Source: Trichosphaerium sp. ATCC 40318 (lineage: Eukaryota > Protista > Tubulinea). Taken from it: 64,000 nt of DNA. Positions 25,004 to 37,668 of the stretch are shown one piece after another. The stretch spans positions 163,715 to 227,714 of the forward strand of contig JALMLS010000074.1 in the NCBI GenBank assembly GCA_038496445.1. The letters run 5' to 3'. The notes under the pieces were generated by a model. It searched no databases. It was not told the origin of the DNA and saw nothing but the letters and a program-made list of their open reading frames with translations. A program made the translations under genes and the position numbers. Position 1 is the stretch's first letter. Every line of letters begins with the position of its first letter.

Positions 25004-25890
25004 ATGACAACACGTGTATTAGCTGTGTTATTTAATGGGTTTCAGCATCAGGATTTCGCAGGTCCTCTAATGGCTTTTGAAAGCTGTTCTAGTAATGCTG
25101 GAGGGTAAATCATTGCGTGTAGTAGCGTTCCATCTAAGTATTACTAGGTTTGGTATTAAAATTGTTTCATCAACAAAAGGAGCAGTGAAATCGTCTTCAG
25201 GTACTCACTTGTTTGACACTATATCTATCAACAGTGCGTTAGGTATACAAGTACTAGTCGATTATACTTTTGATAGTGTACCGTCTGTGGAGGCTGGTAC
25301 AATCTTATTGTTACCTGGAGGTATTGGTACACGGGCATTAGTAAATGACACGTGCGGTTTTTTTTATTAAAATTAACTAGTTATTAATAAATTCATTCCG
25401 TAACGCTTTTGTAGTTTGTTTCTCAAGAAGCTCACTATCTTGTCAAATAAGTGTGATATAGTACTAACAGTTTGCACTGGTTCTGGACTGTTGGCTAAGA
25501 CTGGTATAGCTCTGAAAATTTAAGGACATTTTATCTTTTTTGATATGTTTTCGGCAACGGATTTAGATTATTCTAGGGCTTCTTGATGGAAAGCGAGTCA
25601 CTTCAAATAAGCTTGCATGGGATTGGGTGATATCACAGAGTGCTAAAGTCAAGTGGGAAAAGCCTTGGAGATGGATAAACGATGGAAAATATTGGACAAC
25701 TGCTGGTATAGTTTTGAAAAACAGTTTTTTTTTCTTTTGCTTATCAAAAAACCAAGGTGTGAGCGCTGGTATTGATGGATGCTACGCTCTTATAGCGGCC
25801 TTAAAAGGTAGAGATATCGCTGAAGCTGGTTCAAAGAGAGTTGAGTACTTTTGGACGAGTGACGCCTCAAAATGGAAGCAAGAACTTTAA
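25004..25890 (+). CDS. DJ-1/PfpI family protein
   Basis: VLAVLFNGFQHQDFAGP, LLLPGGIGTR, LTVCTGSGLLAKTGLLDGKRVTSNK and DGKYWTTAGVSAGID. Confidence 0.92.
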
Positions 25891-26378
25891 ATTAATAATT
25901 TTTTTCAAATCTCTGTTTTGTCAACGTGTGAGATTTCAGAGTTTACACTACGTTTTTGAGCAAAACTCTTGTAGGACTAAGCATGCAGTCCCAAAAGTTC
26001 TCGCAACACCAATGGTATGTAATTTTTACGCGTGCGGAGTCTATTTAGCATGTTTAATTGTAGTTTGAACCACTTTCCCCCAATCGTGTAGTTTCCCTCT
26101 TGCCGTAGTTCACATACGTTGAAAATCACTTTGCGAGTCTGTATTCTGTAAATTGAAGTCTTGTAGTACTTATATGACGTCATTAATCTGATCTGATTAA
26201 ATACTACATAGTGGGAAGTGTATTGTATTGTATTAATGGGTAAAGTGAAGTGTAAAAACAAGCGACAGCGAACAAAGAGAATTAGTTTGAAAGTCGGTTG
26301 TTTTCGCATTTAGCTAATTTAGGACTTTTAACAACGCACAACTCTGTATTTTCTGTACTACTGGTAACAAGCCCTCAC

Positions 26379-26718
26379 ATGGAAGAGAAAACAAAGAAGA
26401 AGTCTATGAAGCGAAGCGCACGCAAAAATATGACCAAGGTTAAAAATATTGTCTCTCCACGCGCTAGGAGGAAGGAGAGTACCAAGAGAATACTATATGA
26501 CCCAGTTAAAAGCAAACCTGCAATGCTTAAACGAGCAAAGTCAATGGATTATTACGAAACTAATTCTCTGGGCAAAGGGTGCGTTAATACAAGCGCTTTA
26601 CGCAGCTCTAAAATTTTTTCCGTCAAACGACGGACAAAAACAATTGCAACTATCCTCTTCAGGGTTTGCCGTACCTGCTATTCGAAGCTAATTTAACAAA
26701 CTTAGGCATGGTAGAATA
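26379..26718 (+). CDS. Possible small basic protein
   Basis: MEEKTKKKSMKRSARK...LKRAKSMDYYETNSLGK with a plausible GTGCGT donor. No recognisable domain. Confidence 0.35.
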
Positions 26719-27304
26719 AAATACGTTCGTGCCTCGCAACGCGGTTTACAATTAAGCAGTTCTCATAAACATATAAAGCCTGGTTGTATGTGACAGGCTC
26801 TACAAATCAACTAACATTTTTAATTCGATTTATCGCTTCTTTTAATTATACAAGTGGTGATGCAAACATTCGAACACACTCACCCAACGCCAAGCGTTTG
26901 TAACATAAAAAAATAAAAACAATTTTCTCTAACGCGTAACGCGTAAAAAACCCTAAAAACTAGTTTCTAATATATGTAAAGAGTCAATTACGACATTTTT
27001 TTGAACAATCTGTAAATAGGCACAATGTGACATGTGTGATTTAATCTGTAACTCAACGCAGTTTTTTTTTCCTACCATCAACCCTGCAGGTGAATACACA
27101 TGCCTTTTTTTTGAAGTCTGTGGATAGAAGATAGTATTCAAAGAACGAGGCAAAAACAGTTGGCAAAGTGCTGTTGAAGCGATTTTACTTTTCCCATAAA
27201 AACTGGTTTTTTTCGGACACCGTACAAGACGTTGTTTGAATAAAACAACTGCGTCAATAGCGCGAGCTTGGTAGTTTTATTTTACAAAAAAAAAAGTGTT
27301 ACCC

Positions 27305-29163
27305 TCAAAAAGGGTAATAATAAGCTTCATGCTGTTCAAGATCGAACTGATAATCCTCCTTCAATTGAACCAATTTATCAAAGAGTAATGAAAATGATGA
27401 CTTGAAGGGTACTTTAAGTAAAAGGTTTATATCAGAACCACGTAATTGTTCAAGAAAGTCCTTAAACAACTGTAACCATTCAGGTTTTATGTCCTTGAAA
27501 TAAAAAGTAACATTAAGATTTCTATCTCTAACAGAAAGAAGTTCAGACATAAGACCGTCATTCCAATTATCCTGTGTATCAAGCTCTATACTTAATGTAG
27601 TCACTTTTGTTAAATACTTAAGACCAATGCTAAAATCAGCGTTTTCATTTGTATAAAAATCGCAATAACTGAAACGCCAATGTTCCAAGTTTTTAAGGTT
27701 TGTTACCCAGTGAGAAAACTTTACTTCATTATCAGCGTTCTCCATCTCATTGATTCTTAAATACATCTTTTTAAGATTAGTAAGTGTAGATAGATCGCTA
27801 AGATCCTTTGCAGATGTTGCATGGTCTAGAAGAAGACTCAAACTCTTCAAGTTCGTCATAAGTCCGATTCCACAATACACAGCTGTATGTTCCTTGACAC
27901 TCATTGATAGCTCTTCTAGGTGTATATATGGGTGCTCTATTATAAGAGGCCAGAATATATCTTGTGAGAATTGTCTTGATAGGTACAGTTCGCGAAGTTG
28001 AGGTCTTTTTGATACCTCTATCAATGCCTCACGCGATATTCTAGCTCCGTTTGTTAGGTTCTGTAAATCAAGAGTTTTGAGGCCTTTGAAACGATCTATA
28101 ATTGACTTGGAGAATACAAACGGGTATTGTAACTCTATAAAAACAAAGTAAGCGCTAGATGCAATGGCGATGCTACGACTTTTTCTTCAAAATTTTTTTT
28201 GACTTTTACGGTTTCGTGCGCCTATCTGGTGCACAAACTTAATAATAAAATTGCCGTTGCAAAATTTAAAAATCAGGGTAAAAATAGATAAAAATCCAAA
28301 ACACGTGAAGTTAGTACCGAAAAAAAGACTCAAAAATAATTAAACATTTCAAAAAAAATCGAATTTTCCACTCACTTGAATAATTTGGGACTTGAATACA
28401 TTTAAGATATTTGCAAGTCACGTGATACATATACTTCGATACTATAACAAATGTTAGCTTCTAATTCTCCATAAAAATTATAAAAAAACCTCCACAACAT
28501 ACCCAGTAAAAAGCCGTAGTACATGAACTGCCTACACTGTAAAGCCATATTTATTATTTCTCCTATGATTTCCTCTGGTAGCAATTTTGTAAAGTCTACC
28601 CTTGATTTCTTTGGTCTTGGTGTCATCCGCTGTACCGGAGATGTATAAGCTACTGCGCTTGCAACGATAAGGAGTTTCTATTGAGGTTTGGTTCGTTAAT
28701 AACACATTAAGCATTAAAACATCGTAAAACAACGTAAAACATCGCTTTTTGGCGTTACGGAGGCGCTTTGTAACCGTCTTCCGGTTATTATGACATTTAA
28801 CACGTACTTCTCTTAATTTCTTCAGTTTTGGAATCGCTATATCCTTGAGAGTAGTGATCTAACGTTAAATGTCAGAAGCGCGGGGTCATTCCCAAAGATA
28901 TTTAAAAACGGATTAATAGGGATTTCTTCTGTTGGAAATGCGTGATGGACGGATTGTTACGCACATCTGTCGCAGTTGTAAGTTGTCCAATAATAAAGTC
29001 GACATCTTCTATGCAATTAGTGCCCTTTGGTATTCGTTAGCGCGTGTAACAGTACTATTACGGTATTTCAACACACTTGATCGTCATCCTCTGCGTCGTC
29101 AACACCATACGTTTGAAACCTTCTCTTTCGTCCTAACATGGGTACACGCTCTCGTCTTTTCAT
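27305..29163 (-). CDS. F-box/LRR-like protein
   Basis: F-box DFTKLLPEEIIGEII and LRR-like LKSLSLLL / LTNLKKMYL in the last exon. Upstream mini-exons (MKRRERVP..., ITTLKDIAIPKLKKLRE|KLLIVAS...) appear to splice in frame. The start position is tentative. Confidence 0.75.
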
Positions 29164-29426
29164 CTTCGTTACTGCTGTTGGTTTTTTGTAGAGTTGAAAA
29201 GTAACTTAACCGCCCTAAAAAAGGCTACCTTATCAAAACTCTAAACCGGCTCTTTTGCAACAATTACCTTGGTTTGTAAAGTGTTTTTTTATGTACACAG
29301 GTGTAATTTTGTTTTCTTCTAACAGTACAAAAAAATGGTGAACCATCATCTTTGATCACCAAAAAGGAGTCTTAAAGTATTTTTAAATGAAATAAAAAAA
29401 AAGTGAGCGAGAATTAAAAAAAATTC

Positions 29427-31088
29427 TCAGTAAGAATTATAATCATCACTATCTTCGCTGTTGTAGTAATAACCATATTGTGTTGAACCATCTCCATTTA
29501 TAGGTGAAGTCTCATCATTACCACTAAGTGTTTTCTCTTTTCCCAAAGGACGAAGCATGAACAACATCATAACAATTACTAAACCTTCAAATACCTAAAA
29601 AAAAAAAATCAATCAAAAAAATGTTCACTTCTTTATGCTCTGTTGCTACCACGATTTTTGAACGATGCTAGCTTATGGAGCATGTTAAATATCGGTGTAA
29701 ATTTTAAATTACCAGCAACAAAAGTACACCACAAAGCAAGACAGAAGGTCTTGTGGTTTTGTTTTTTCAAAAATAATTTTGGTTGGATTCGGTCTCAACT
29801 CGTGCGTACCCCATAATAAAGTAAATCAACCCACCAACTTCTTGATCCAAATACTGTCGTAGATGAAAATACAGCATACAAAGTCCAAATACCACGTAAG
29901 AACCACAACGCAACAAGGAAGCAAATAAGGACTTGAAGTCGAAACATCGTTTTACTCATTGCAGATTGTACAGTAACGCTCTGTTTAGAGAAATACTTCA
30001 CATAAAGCCTAATATCCATAAGAGAAAAACCAAAAGAATAAAGAGAACACAAGAACAACCGATAACGAATAAAAAACCGGTTTGCAAAAACTACACAACT
30101 GTGTCACGTGATTTGATCGTACAAGATACCAAAAAGAGATATCACAATAGCAGCAAGACAATATACACAGCCAGCAAAAGCTACAAGCAGCTAAATATAC
30201 TGTTAGGGCTATTGGTACAACATAAAACAATAATTCTAAAGTAGAAAAAAAACCAGAATTTTTTCCAAAAGTTTGAGATTTACCTTTTCTACAGTTGTTG
30301 TAGCAGTGGCGACATTATCCTTTGATAAAGGATATACTATACAATCTACTGTGAAGCAACCTATTACAACAGCATACATACAACCTAAAAAACAGACTTA
30401 GAGAAGTTTTTTACGGTTTTTTCGCAAAATTTTTTTTAAGACACAACCGATTTCCTAGTCTCTGGAAAAAGCGTTGTAAACGAATGAGCGCGTACCGTTT
30501 ACGATTAAATAAATTGTTCTTAAGCGTTTTAGCCATGATTTAGAATAGCTGTACATTGTAAAGTAAAAACCAGTACTATAGCGTCGTAAGAAAGCTGATT
30601 AGATGTATTGAAGCCGATAATGCCAAATGCGGCGTTAAAATAATTATGAACTGCTAAACATCTATTTTACGCACAATTGGAATAGTATGATGAGGTAGCA
30701 AGAGAAAAATATGAAGCTGGGAAATAGCACAAGAATATTGTTCAGTTGGTTAGGAATTTTCATGTGGCGGTGATAAACGAACGGTTGGAGCGCCATTCCG
30801 ATTACTCGTGCTAGTTTGGGTTAAAAAAGGTTTTTGAACGATAAACGTGCCTAAACATCCTACGAGTAGCGAAATTCTAAAGGTGAGCTTCCAGAAAGAC
30901 AGCTTACTTCTCTTTCGTTTGTATAAATCAATAAATCTGTCGGCTGTGATGAATACAAGCAGTAGAAGATATAAAGACGCCAAAGTAAAGTGTGTTATAC
31001 TGTATTTGTCTGAATAGTTGTGAGGGAGCGTGTCATTATTCAAAGGCTCCTCATATGGATTAATATATGGGTTACTATCATCTACCAT
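29427..31088 (-). CDS. Multi-pass membrane protein, THH1/TOM1/TOM3-like or GPCR-like
   Basis: About 7 hydrophobic helices across exons (LASLYLLLLVFI, LVLFPSFIFFSCYLIILFQL, LQVLICFLVALWFLRG, WWVDLLYYG|VFEG) and an acidic tail. Confidence 0.75.
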
Positions 31089-31280
31089 GCTTGCATCTTA
31101 GATTAAAGCTAATTATTACACTATCCACAACCATAAAAAAAAAAACCAAGTTGCGTCAAAATAATTCCTTCCTGACTTTCAACTGCTTCTTCCGTACTCA
31201 TACGCCTTACAAGTAATATCATTACTTCATTTTACATAAAAATAGTACTCTTACACGTGTTAGCGTCGTGACAATCACGC

Positions 31281-33352
31281 CTACGTTTCAATATTTTCCA
31301 GTTCCAATTTGCTGTACTCCGGTTCGGGTACATAATCATCCTCCCTTGATTCGTTCTTACATAGGAATACTTGATATACAGCGCATCCAGCGAATGTTAA
31401 AATAATGAGTGCAAGCATTATAACAACAATAACCATGCTTATTTTTCTTCTTGTAAAAGTAGGGCTAGCGTCTTCATCTCCTTGTGCACCATTGCGGAGC
31501 ATACATGAAGGATGTATTGCAGCTAAAAAGTGTGAGCATGACGTTAGTAAAAGTTTTCTGACCTGCTTGCTCCAGTCGAGTTCGAAGTACAAGCCCAACA
31601 CGTTGACTGTTATAACCGTGTTTTCCTACTGAACCAAAAGATAACTCTTCTGTTTTTGAAGCGTGTCCACAATATGACATGATGCTTCCTAAATATTGGT
31701 TGAAAATAATCCTACATACATACAACACTTACCACCATCACTTGGTTTAGTCCTAGCTCCTCTGTAGCAAAGTTTACCATCAGGGAGTTGCTCCTTGTTT
31801 TCGCAATGATCAACAGCAGTTGAATCAAATCCTAAACCAGTTTCTTAATAAACTATCATTGAAGCTGTTGACGAACCTTCTACAGTTATAGCATTATAGC
31901 AATGCGTATGTACGCTTCCTAAAATATGCCCCAGTTCATGTGCTACAGTTGATACAATACCAACGTGAAGATAGCTTTCTTCAGGACCATACATTTGACT
32001 TACTCCAATAGCTGGATGCCAGAAAATTAGTTAAACAACAGAGACAGTCAGTACCCAATTCAGTGCATAGTGTGTTGGTGAATGCAATGCCACCGGTGTC
32101 CTTATCAAAAGGTCCTCGAGTAGTCAGGTATAACACAGCATCAACTGATTGGTTGTTTTTAAAAAACAACATTTTTTCAGGACTAAAGCAACCAGTTAAG
32201 TTCCTATTTACTCTTTTTTTTAACTTACTCTCCGCCTTTCCTGTACAAAGCTGATACTTTATCAAGTAGCTCCGAAGCATCATTTGAGTCTGTTTCAACA
32301 ATATCATTACTTGCTAGGGTAAACTGTCAAATACAAGGTGATGTAGTTGGTTTCTTCGTACAATTTTGGTAAAAAAATAGTTTTGTCACTTGTACTTTTA
32401 TGTTTAATTCACGAAAGAAAATATCATTTATATCAGCGAATACAGCGTTTATATTACTGGTTAATTTCTCTATACTATTATACTCCTTAAAAGTATGATA
32501 GTCTGTCTCAACAGCGACCTGACATTCATGATTAATACAGACGTATTGAGGAAGAAAAAAATAGGAAAAAGTTGTTAATGCAATGCATGTACCCTTATTG
32601 TATACGTTATATTATCGTTTGATGGCGTTAACGGTTCATTTACAGCGTTACGCTTACTAAAGCGGTCATGTTCCCTCTTACTCCCACATGTCATGTTATT
32701 ACTGTTCATTCTTTTCAAATCTCTTTCTATTTGCTTTAATGAAAACTCTCCTTCTTCATATGAAAACTAAGAAAAACTAGTTAACGACAATCAAAAGTTT
32801 TTAGCGTTTCATCCTAGCGCCTTACTGTGTATTCACCGAAAAACTGAATTTGACCTTTTTCGTCTATTGAAAACCGAACAGGTCGTCCATCAATATCTCC
32901 TTTGTAGTGATAGTCTATACATTATTAGCCAACGATATTTCAACAACCACACAAACCTGAATTGATTTGTTGAGACATAATATCTCTGTCAAGATAAGCA
33001 TCAACATTGTTACCTAAAATAGTTAATCATTACACCTGTGTATATGTTCCCTACCCCACCCTGAATCAATCCTAGACACTACGAGAGTACTAGTTATATT
33101 TAGATCTTATTAGAATGTAAAACACTTTCACAACAAGTCGTGATAAAACTTTGTTATTTTAAGACGTACTGTACTCCTTTTGAGTCCGGTACAATAATTG
33201 TTTTTCCTACCTCCAGGTCTTTATGTACTTTTAAAAATTCTACCCACGTGCTATCATACGCTAGGTAAGTAAGCTTGGAGTACGCTAAATTCAATTCCAC
33301 CTGTGGTAACACTCCATAATGTAGCGAATAACAAAATCAGCTTAATATCCAT
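31281..33352 (-). CDS. Membrane-anchored reprolysin/M12B-like zinc metalloprotease
   Basis: Signal peptide, prodomain with MTCG, CQVAVETD, GGIAFTNTLC, zinc motif AHELGHILGSVHTHC (~31900-31945), Met-turn SIMSYC, and a C-terminal TM helix. Confidence 0.88.
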
Positions 33353-34227
33353 CGCTACTGCGTAGGCTACTGTTTCTATCACGTGCATTAATTTTTATCG
33401 ACAAAACTCAAAAAGAACTCAAAAAGATCTAGTCTATTGCAGATAATACTTCTACACGTACGATAAGATAGGTTTAGTGCAGTAATCACCTTCGATCGGA
33501 GTGTACACTTGGTTTTTTGCGAAAAGCGCTGACTAAACCGCTTTAGTGTTAGAACAAAAAGTTACAAGGCGAAAGCCAAACAAAACGCAATCAATATGCG
33601 CCAACACCGTTTAATGACGGTTACGGTACATTACTAATATTTCGAGTATCCTTTCCTTACGTAAGACGTTAGGAAACACCTGAAAATGCTAGTCTCTTAG
33701 GACTTCAGAACAAAGTACGCTCGTGAACAACAAACAAAAAAAAAACCTAAAGAGGCCGATTATTACAAAAATACTTAAAAAGATTGTATTTTAGTGGCTT
33801 TCCACGTGATTAAATTTACTTGTATTTATTTTTCTTCCATAGCTGCAAGCGACATCCGGAGTGAGCGGCGGGAAGGAAGTTATACTTAATATTGTTACTA
33901 TACTTGAATACAGTGGCATTCCGGTCGTCGTACGTACAATTCATTAGGTATTTTTGTGCGCAGTTTTTTTTTGTTCTTGTCGCACCTTTATTTTTCTTTT
34001 TCTCAGCCATTAAGTACTCTTGGTACCATAGCGTCAAATTAGATCGATAAAGGACATATTTCACGTGTTTTCAGTTATTTTCCGTAACGTTTTCCAACAT
34101 TGCTACCTACAGTTGTTGTTGGGTAATTTAAAACCCGGCTGTAGCGTTTTTTTGAACAAAGGTCCAAATGGAGAACTGCAAAAACTGCACTTTCTCGGTA
34201 ATACACGCCCTTATATCCCTTCTTATA

Positions 34228-37200
34228 GGATATATGGAATCTAACTCCACATGTTCTCGCTATTTGTACTCACTATCAGGAAGAGCTTGCAAGCACAAGT
34301 TCGTTGATTACTTTTTTTTTTCTGACTTCTCAATCACTTTTAGTTTTGTACAAACAAGCGTTGGTTCAAATACAGTTCCCTGACGATGAAGCTTTTTCTA
34401 CTGGTTTAAAATCAAAAGAAAACAAAAAGAGTTATAAAGTACTAACGACAACAACTCCTGCAAAGGTAAGCCAATTTAACATTGAAATATATTTTTTTCT
34501 GTATTAATTTATAAATGTCAAACACGTGTCATAGTTGCTTCGATTAATTGCGAAAAAATTTAATTTAAAGAGTACAAGAAAGTACACTTTGTGTACAATG
34601 GAAGGCACGTTAATAATAGATTTTCCACTGTTGTTCTGTGGTTCAAAAAACAAAGGGAAAAAAAAAGATCGTCACAATCTTTGAAAAGCTAAACTCACTA
34701 GTATGACGTTCATTTGACATTTAACATATACATAGGTATTGCTTTGAGCAACAATAGGCCTTTGGCTGCTTTTGGTCTTGGAAACTTATATCAATATGGG
34801 CAATACAGGCTTGAAACAAAGTAACCTAGTTTGTTATCTTTTTTACCTTGCGTTTCAAACCACTGACAGTAATAGAGAAAATGCTAAACGGATGGGAGAT
34901 ATTACCAAGTTAACATCTCTTCGTCGTCGGAGTTCAAGGCCTGAGGCACCTCAAAAAAGTAGCACAACACGCCTAAAGTACAAAAACAAAAAAAATTGTT
35001 TTTCTCTTTTAGGCATTGCTTAAAGATATTCTAGGCGTCGCTTATCAAGGAGCTTATCATACAATGTCTTAAAAAATAGAGCAAAAATAAACTCTAACAG
35101 GATCGATTTTAAAGATAATGAATCGCCCATACAAGAAGAACGATCAAGGGATTCTAGAGATGCTGAAAATGGTAATGTCCATTTTTTTTTGTTGACTGAA
35201 ACTTTTTGTGATTAACTCGTGTAGTCGTTGTTTTGTTTATATTCCAGAACCTTGGTAACGAGCCTTTTAAAAGAATACAACTTCATGCAGGGTCTATGGT
35301 ACAGACTGTACGTCACAAAAAGTGTAAATTTCTGCACTAGAATAACTTAAAATTCTTAGGTTCAAGAAAAACTTGTTCGTACTATGCATTTAAAGGCTGA
35401 CGCTTCAGAAATTGTTCTTCACACTCTCGAAAATCAGCTATTAGCAACTGACCAAAAACTTAAGAAGTACGGTGCGTATAACTTTGTATCTACAATCACG
35501 TGATAATTTACAAACTGGTAAATGCTAAAAACATTTTCCAAAAAAGGGCTGGGTGTAAAGTTCTTTAAATGGCAGCTTGTTGTGGCAAAGAAAAATCCAA
35601 CAAGAGTTTTTAAACCTATTCCTTTACATGACTATACTTGGATTTATGTACGTAAGTTGAGATTAACGTCAAAGCAACATATTCGTGTCCTCCATTTCTA
35701 CGTTTTAGTTAAAGTCACAAAAAGTCGATTACACCGCTTGTAATAAATCTAATGAGGATGTTTTAGGTAAAAGAAGCTACTTTCGATCAAAAAGAAGCTG
35801 TAGAGATAATAACAAGCATCGGTACTGCTATTTTAAAAGAGAACTAATAAGATAAAAACGTTTTGATTGTTGGGTTTTTTGCTTACTTTTCTTAGCTGCA
35901 CGTGATAACAATAATGAACCTCATCCCAAACAAAGAAAAGCAAAGTCTTTCCGTTCTAAAAAACAGAACAGTAAAGACGTTGAGCGTCTTAAGCAGCATC
36001 TTGAACAACTTCAACAGGAGATTGTATCAAAAGAAAGCAAACTAAAAGAATTTGAAGAGGTTAAAACAAAAGTAGAACAAAGCCGTACAGAGTTGGAGAA
36101 AAAGAATAGGTACGCCATCAATCGCATAATAAGGGAGCTAAAAAAAAACGTTTTAAGGAAGCTGCGAGGAAAGTTAAAAAAAGCACATACAACAATAAGT
36201 TTGCTTGAAAATAACATTGAAGCAAGCTCTGAATCCGATCATGATCCTAGACATACAAGAGCATCTGGTGACGATTATACTGCACGTGTTAGAATACGTT
36301 AATATTAATTTGAATGAGGTTAATTATCGCTTAGATTGAGAATCTAGAGCTTAAATCTATGATCGAACAATCACAACTTGAGGTTAAAGACCTTAGAGCA
36401 AAAATTCAAGGAACAAAGAGATACTACACTAACCTCATAGGCATAAAATATATAGTATTATGCGAACGCTACTGTTAACACCTATAAAAATAGACTCTCT
36501 TCAACAGAATATTGATGAACAAGATGATACACGCGAGCAGCTAGCAACAATAAAAAAACAATCTGAGGGGGAAATTCAGAGATTACAGCTTGCAGAACAA
36601 GAAGCACGTATTGCGCTTAAAGTATGTCTTTCCTATAAGCTAGATTGTAATATTAAAAACTTTTTAGGAATCAGAAATGGCAAGGGAAGGTAAAATTAAC
36701 TAGCTAACAAACTTTTATTTGTTTTCTTATTTTTTTCTTATTAAAGCACAACAAAACACTATTAAGCAGCTTCTCAAGAAGATAAGTGTCTCAAAGCAGA
36801 CTGAACATAATAAAAGACCAGATGGGTACTAATAAGTCACCATAGACTGTATATCTTCTTAAAACCACCTTTTAGAAACACAGCTAAGCTGAACAAAAAG
36901 ATAAAGCAGCTCAAGAGCGAAAATAAGGAACTTAAACATAGCGTACAGTTCTTACGATGGGAGAAAGGTACTAGAGCGATTTAAAGACGTTTATGATGCT
37001 GTTCGCTTTAACTTTTAAATTGTAGAGTACCTTGAGAAGAGGCTATCTAATTCTACCAACGAGACTAAGGCTGTTGAGAGCTTGAGTGACTGTGAAGATA
37101 TTTCCAGCAGATCCGATCTCAAATTTATGCCGAAAGCCGTTATGGTTGCACGTAATGGTGCAACTGGGCCAAAGTCGCACCCACAAAGCGCGTTTAGCGT

Positions 37201-37467
37201 TACAAAAGAAACGTACGGCTATAATAGCTTCATCTACTAATAACTTGTAGAAAACGCCAATCTACGCATGAAACGGAATATTCAGACCTATTTTCAGCGT
37301 TAGTGAACAGATACTCGCATTTTAGAAAGGCATCGAACATGGCGGAGGAACTAGACGAAGATGACGATGCTGAGGAGGTTTCAGAGGTAACCAAAGAAGC
37401 GTTATTGGTATTTATTAAAAAACTAACTCTGATGTAGTTGGAGAGCCTTTCTAATGAATCTATGTGA
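34228..37467 (+). CDS. Signalling/scaffold protein with putative ubiquitin-like (RA-like) and PH domains plus long coiled coil; start uncertain
   Basis: SYKVLTTTTPAK...IAKKFNLK, a PH-like stretch (VQEKLVRTMHL...IVLHTLENQLLATD...KFFKW), heptad-rich exons and an acidic end. Many short introns. Confidence 0.6.
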
Positions 37468-37668
37468 TAAAAAACACTATAAAATAATAAAGTGGGTGTT
37501 CTGAGACGTATACGTGTTAAAATAAACGAAAAAAAAGGTGGTCGTTAGATTTCTCGCCAAAAAATAAAAAGAAACAGTACTAAACGATACGCTCGCCAAT
37601 GATTTATTAAATAGTCGTTATTGTAGTGATCTAAGCACAAAAAAAGGATTAGTTTAAATAATTAGTCT

